Made by a program: the position numbers and the translations under genes
NCBI GenBank assembly: GCA_963803435.1
Contig: CAWDML010000006.1
Coordinates: 160,001-224,000 of the forward strand
DNA length: 64,000 nucleotides
Reading direction: 5' to 3'
Source of the DNA: an uncultured delta proteobacterium
GTDB taxonomy: Bacteria > Myxococcota > Kuafuiibacteriia > Kuafuiibacteriales > Kuafuiibacteriaceae
Shown here: positions 62,501 to 64,000 of the stretch, in pieces
Layout of the letters: every line of letters starts with the position of its first letter
How positions within the stretch are numbered: the first letter of the stretch is position 1
The notes under the pieces: model-generated
The model's input: the letters and a program-made list of their open reading frames with translations, nothing else
What the model was told of the DNA's origin: nothing
Database searches by the model: none

Positions 62501-63377
62501 CCGCCGCCAGCTCCACCGGGAGGACGAACTGATCGAACTGCGCGTCCTCGACACGGCGCTCCGAGAACACGAGCGAGCCGTTGACCCATACCTTGATCGG
62601 CACGCTGCTGGTGACCCGAAGCTGATGCGAGCCGCCTTGCGCCACGCGGAAGGTGGACACGGCATAGCCCAGCGCCCAGGTGTCCGGGCTGAAGAGCTGG
62701 CCGAGGTTGTAGTCGGCGCCGAAGGGCGAGCGCGGAGGATCGAGCCGCCAGCCCACCTCGGTGACCGTCCCCGGGTAGCGCGCCGACATGTCGAGCGACC
62801 GCTCGGGCTCGTGCTCGGTATCGAAGCCCTTCCCCTGATCGTTGTCCCAGACCCCGATCAACGCGAAGGGCAGGTGCGTCCCAGCCGACGCCCGCACCGA
62901 GGCGCTCAGCTCGAGCTGTCCCCGCGCGCGCAGGCGGTCGCCGAGCTGATGCGCGGCCAGCGCGCGAACCGCCGGGTTCGGATGATCGCGACGGAGCGTC
63001 TCCAGGAGGCCGTCGACCCGCCGTCGCTGCTCGAGCGTCAGCGGAAGATCGTCGAGGTGCAACAGATGGAGCGCCGCCGCGTCGTTCTGGGGATCGAGGA
63101 GCGCCGCCAGGTAGTGGTCGACCTCGGCGTCGAGGTCCGCATCGAAGCGCGCCAGGCTCGCGGCGAGCTCGTGGTAGATCGCGCTGTCGGGACCCGCCTT
63201 GCGGGCCTCCTCCACCGCCGCCCGCATCGCCGCCGGAGTGCCGGCGTCATAGTAGGCGTCGGCCGCCCGCGCGAGCACCGCCGCATCGGCCGGAGCGGGA
63301 TGCATCGCAGGCGCTGTCAGCTGGAAAGCCGGCGCGCACCCGAAAGCGAGCGGCAGCAGCAGGATCGATCTCCGCAT
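59594..63377 (-). CDS. TPR, DUF3857 and transglutaminase-like lipoprotein; +1 frameshift near 60665
   Basis: LAFGC lipobox; TPRs; IRY, GDCKDKA, FDHAI, WDPT catalytic-triad motifs. Confidence 0.85.
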
Positions 63378-63382
63378 CTTCT

Positions 63383-64000
63383 CTATTCCTCCCGACCGCC
63401 CAACCCCGAGACGCCTTCCGCGATCCGGCCGGCCAAGTCCTGGGCCACGCAACGTTCGGCGACGCGGATCGCATTCCGGATCGCTCGCGGTCCCGAGCGT
63501 CCGTGCGCCTTGATGCACAGCCGATCGAACCCGAGGATCGGCGCTCCGCCATATTGTTGCCAGTCCGTGACCCCTTTGAGCCGCTTGATTCCGCTCGAGA
63601 GGAGCAGCATGGCCAGCCTCCAGGTCACCTTGCTCCGGTAAGCGTAGCGCGCCAGGTTCATCACCGTCTCGTAGATCCCTTCCAGCATCTTCAGCGTGAT
63701 GTTGCCGGTAAACCCGTCGCACACGATGACGTCGGCCTTGCCCGCCGGGATGTCGACGCCCTCGATGTTGCCGATGAACTGGAGGCCCGAGAGCTGCTGC
63801 AGGAACGGGTGCGCGGCGACAATCTCCTCGGTCCCCTTGGTCGGCTCGGTCCCGTTGGAGAGGAGCGCCACGCGCGGGGTGGGGTTCCTGCTCACGATCG
63901 ACGCGTACGCGGCGCCCATCATGCCGAAGGCGGCGAGATCCCGGGGACCGACGCGCAGCGTGGCGCCGGCGTCGAGCAGCAGGCTGAACGGATCCTGCTT
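63383..64000 (-). CDS. plsX: Phosphate acyltransferase PlsX (5' end beyond the window)
   Basis: LLDAGA, LLSNGTE..KG, GNIEG, CDGFTGN..LK..EG, YGGAPILG, KAHG.S. Confidence 0.93.
   Translation of the reverse strand, partial: KQDPFSLLLDAGATLRVGPRDLAAFGMMGAAYASIVSRNPTPRVALLSNGTEPTKGTEEIVAAHPFLQQLSGLQFIGNIEGVDIPAGKADVIVCDGFTGNITLKMLEGIYETVMNLARYAYRSKVTWRLAMLLLSSGIKRLKGVTDWQQYGGAPILGFDRLCIKAHGRSGPRAIRNAIRVAERCVAQDLAGRIAEGVSGLGGREE

Overview
Gene-dense, high-GC (roughly 70% by eye) bacterial window with Myxococcota-like content: Hanks kinases, an FHA-sigma54 activator, a CglF-like gene, many lipoproteins and an ECF/anti-sigma pair. I call about 52 CDS and see no rRNA, tRNA, CRISPR array or mobile element. 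Main blocks in order: a kinase/ABC operon; a prokaryotic pentameric ligand-gated ion channel; a sugar ABC transporter; an operon of HEAT-repeat, CsgG/FlgO-like and polyglycine lipoproteins; a globin-coupled stressosome (rsbRSTX) facing two histidine kinases; two divergent collagen-stalked multiheme cytochrome lipoproteins with back-to-back sigma54 promoters; a Rieske/FAD/hybrid-kinase/P450 cluster; an O-antigen-ligase/DUF4091/VanZ/kinase operon; an ECF locus whose promoter motif recurs in front of a cglF-like gene; a transglutaminase-like lipoprotein; and partial plsX. All eight reading-frame lesions found (seven +1 insertions, one nonsense codon) lie in or next to GATC. This suggests methylation-linked base-calling errors, so those genes are probably intact. 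Product calls come from motif recognition only; no searches were run.
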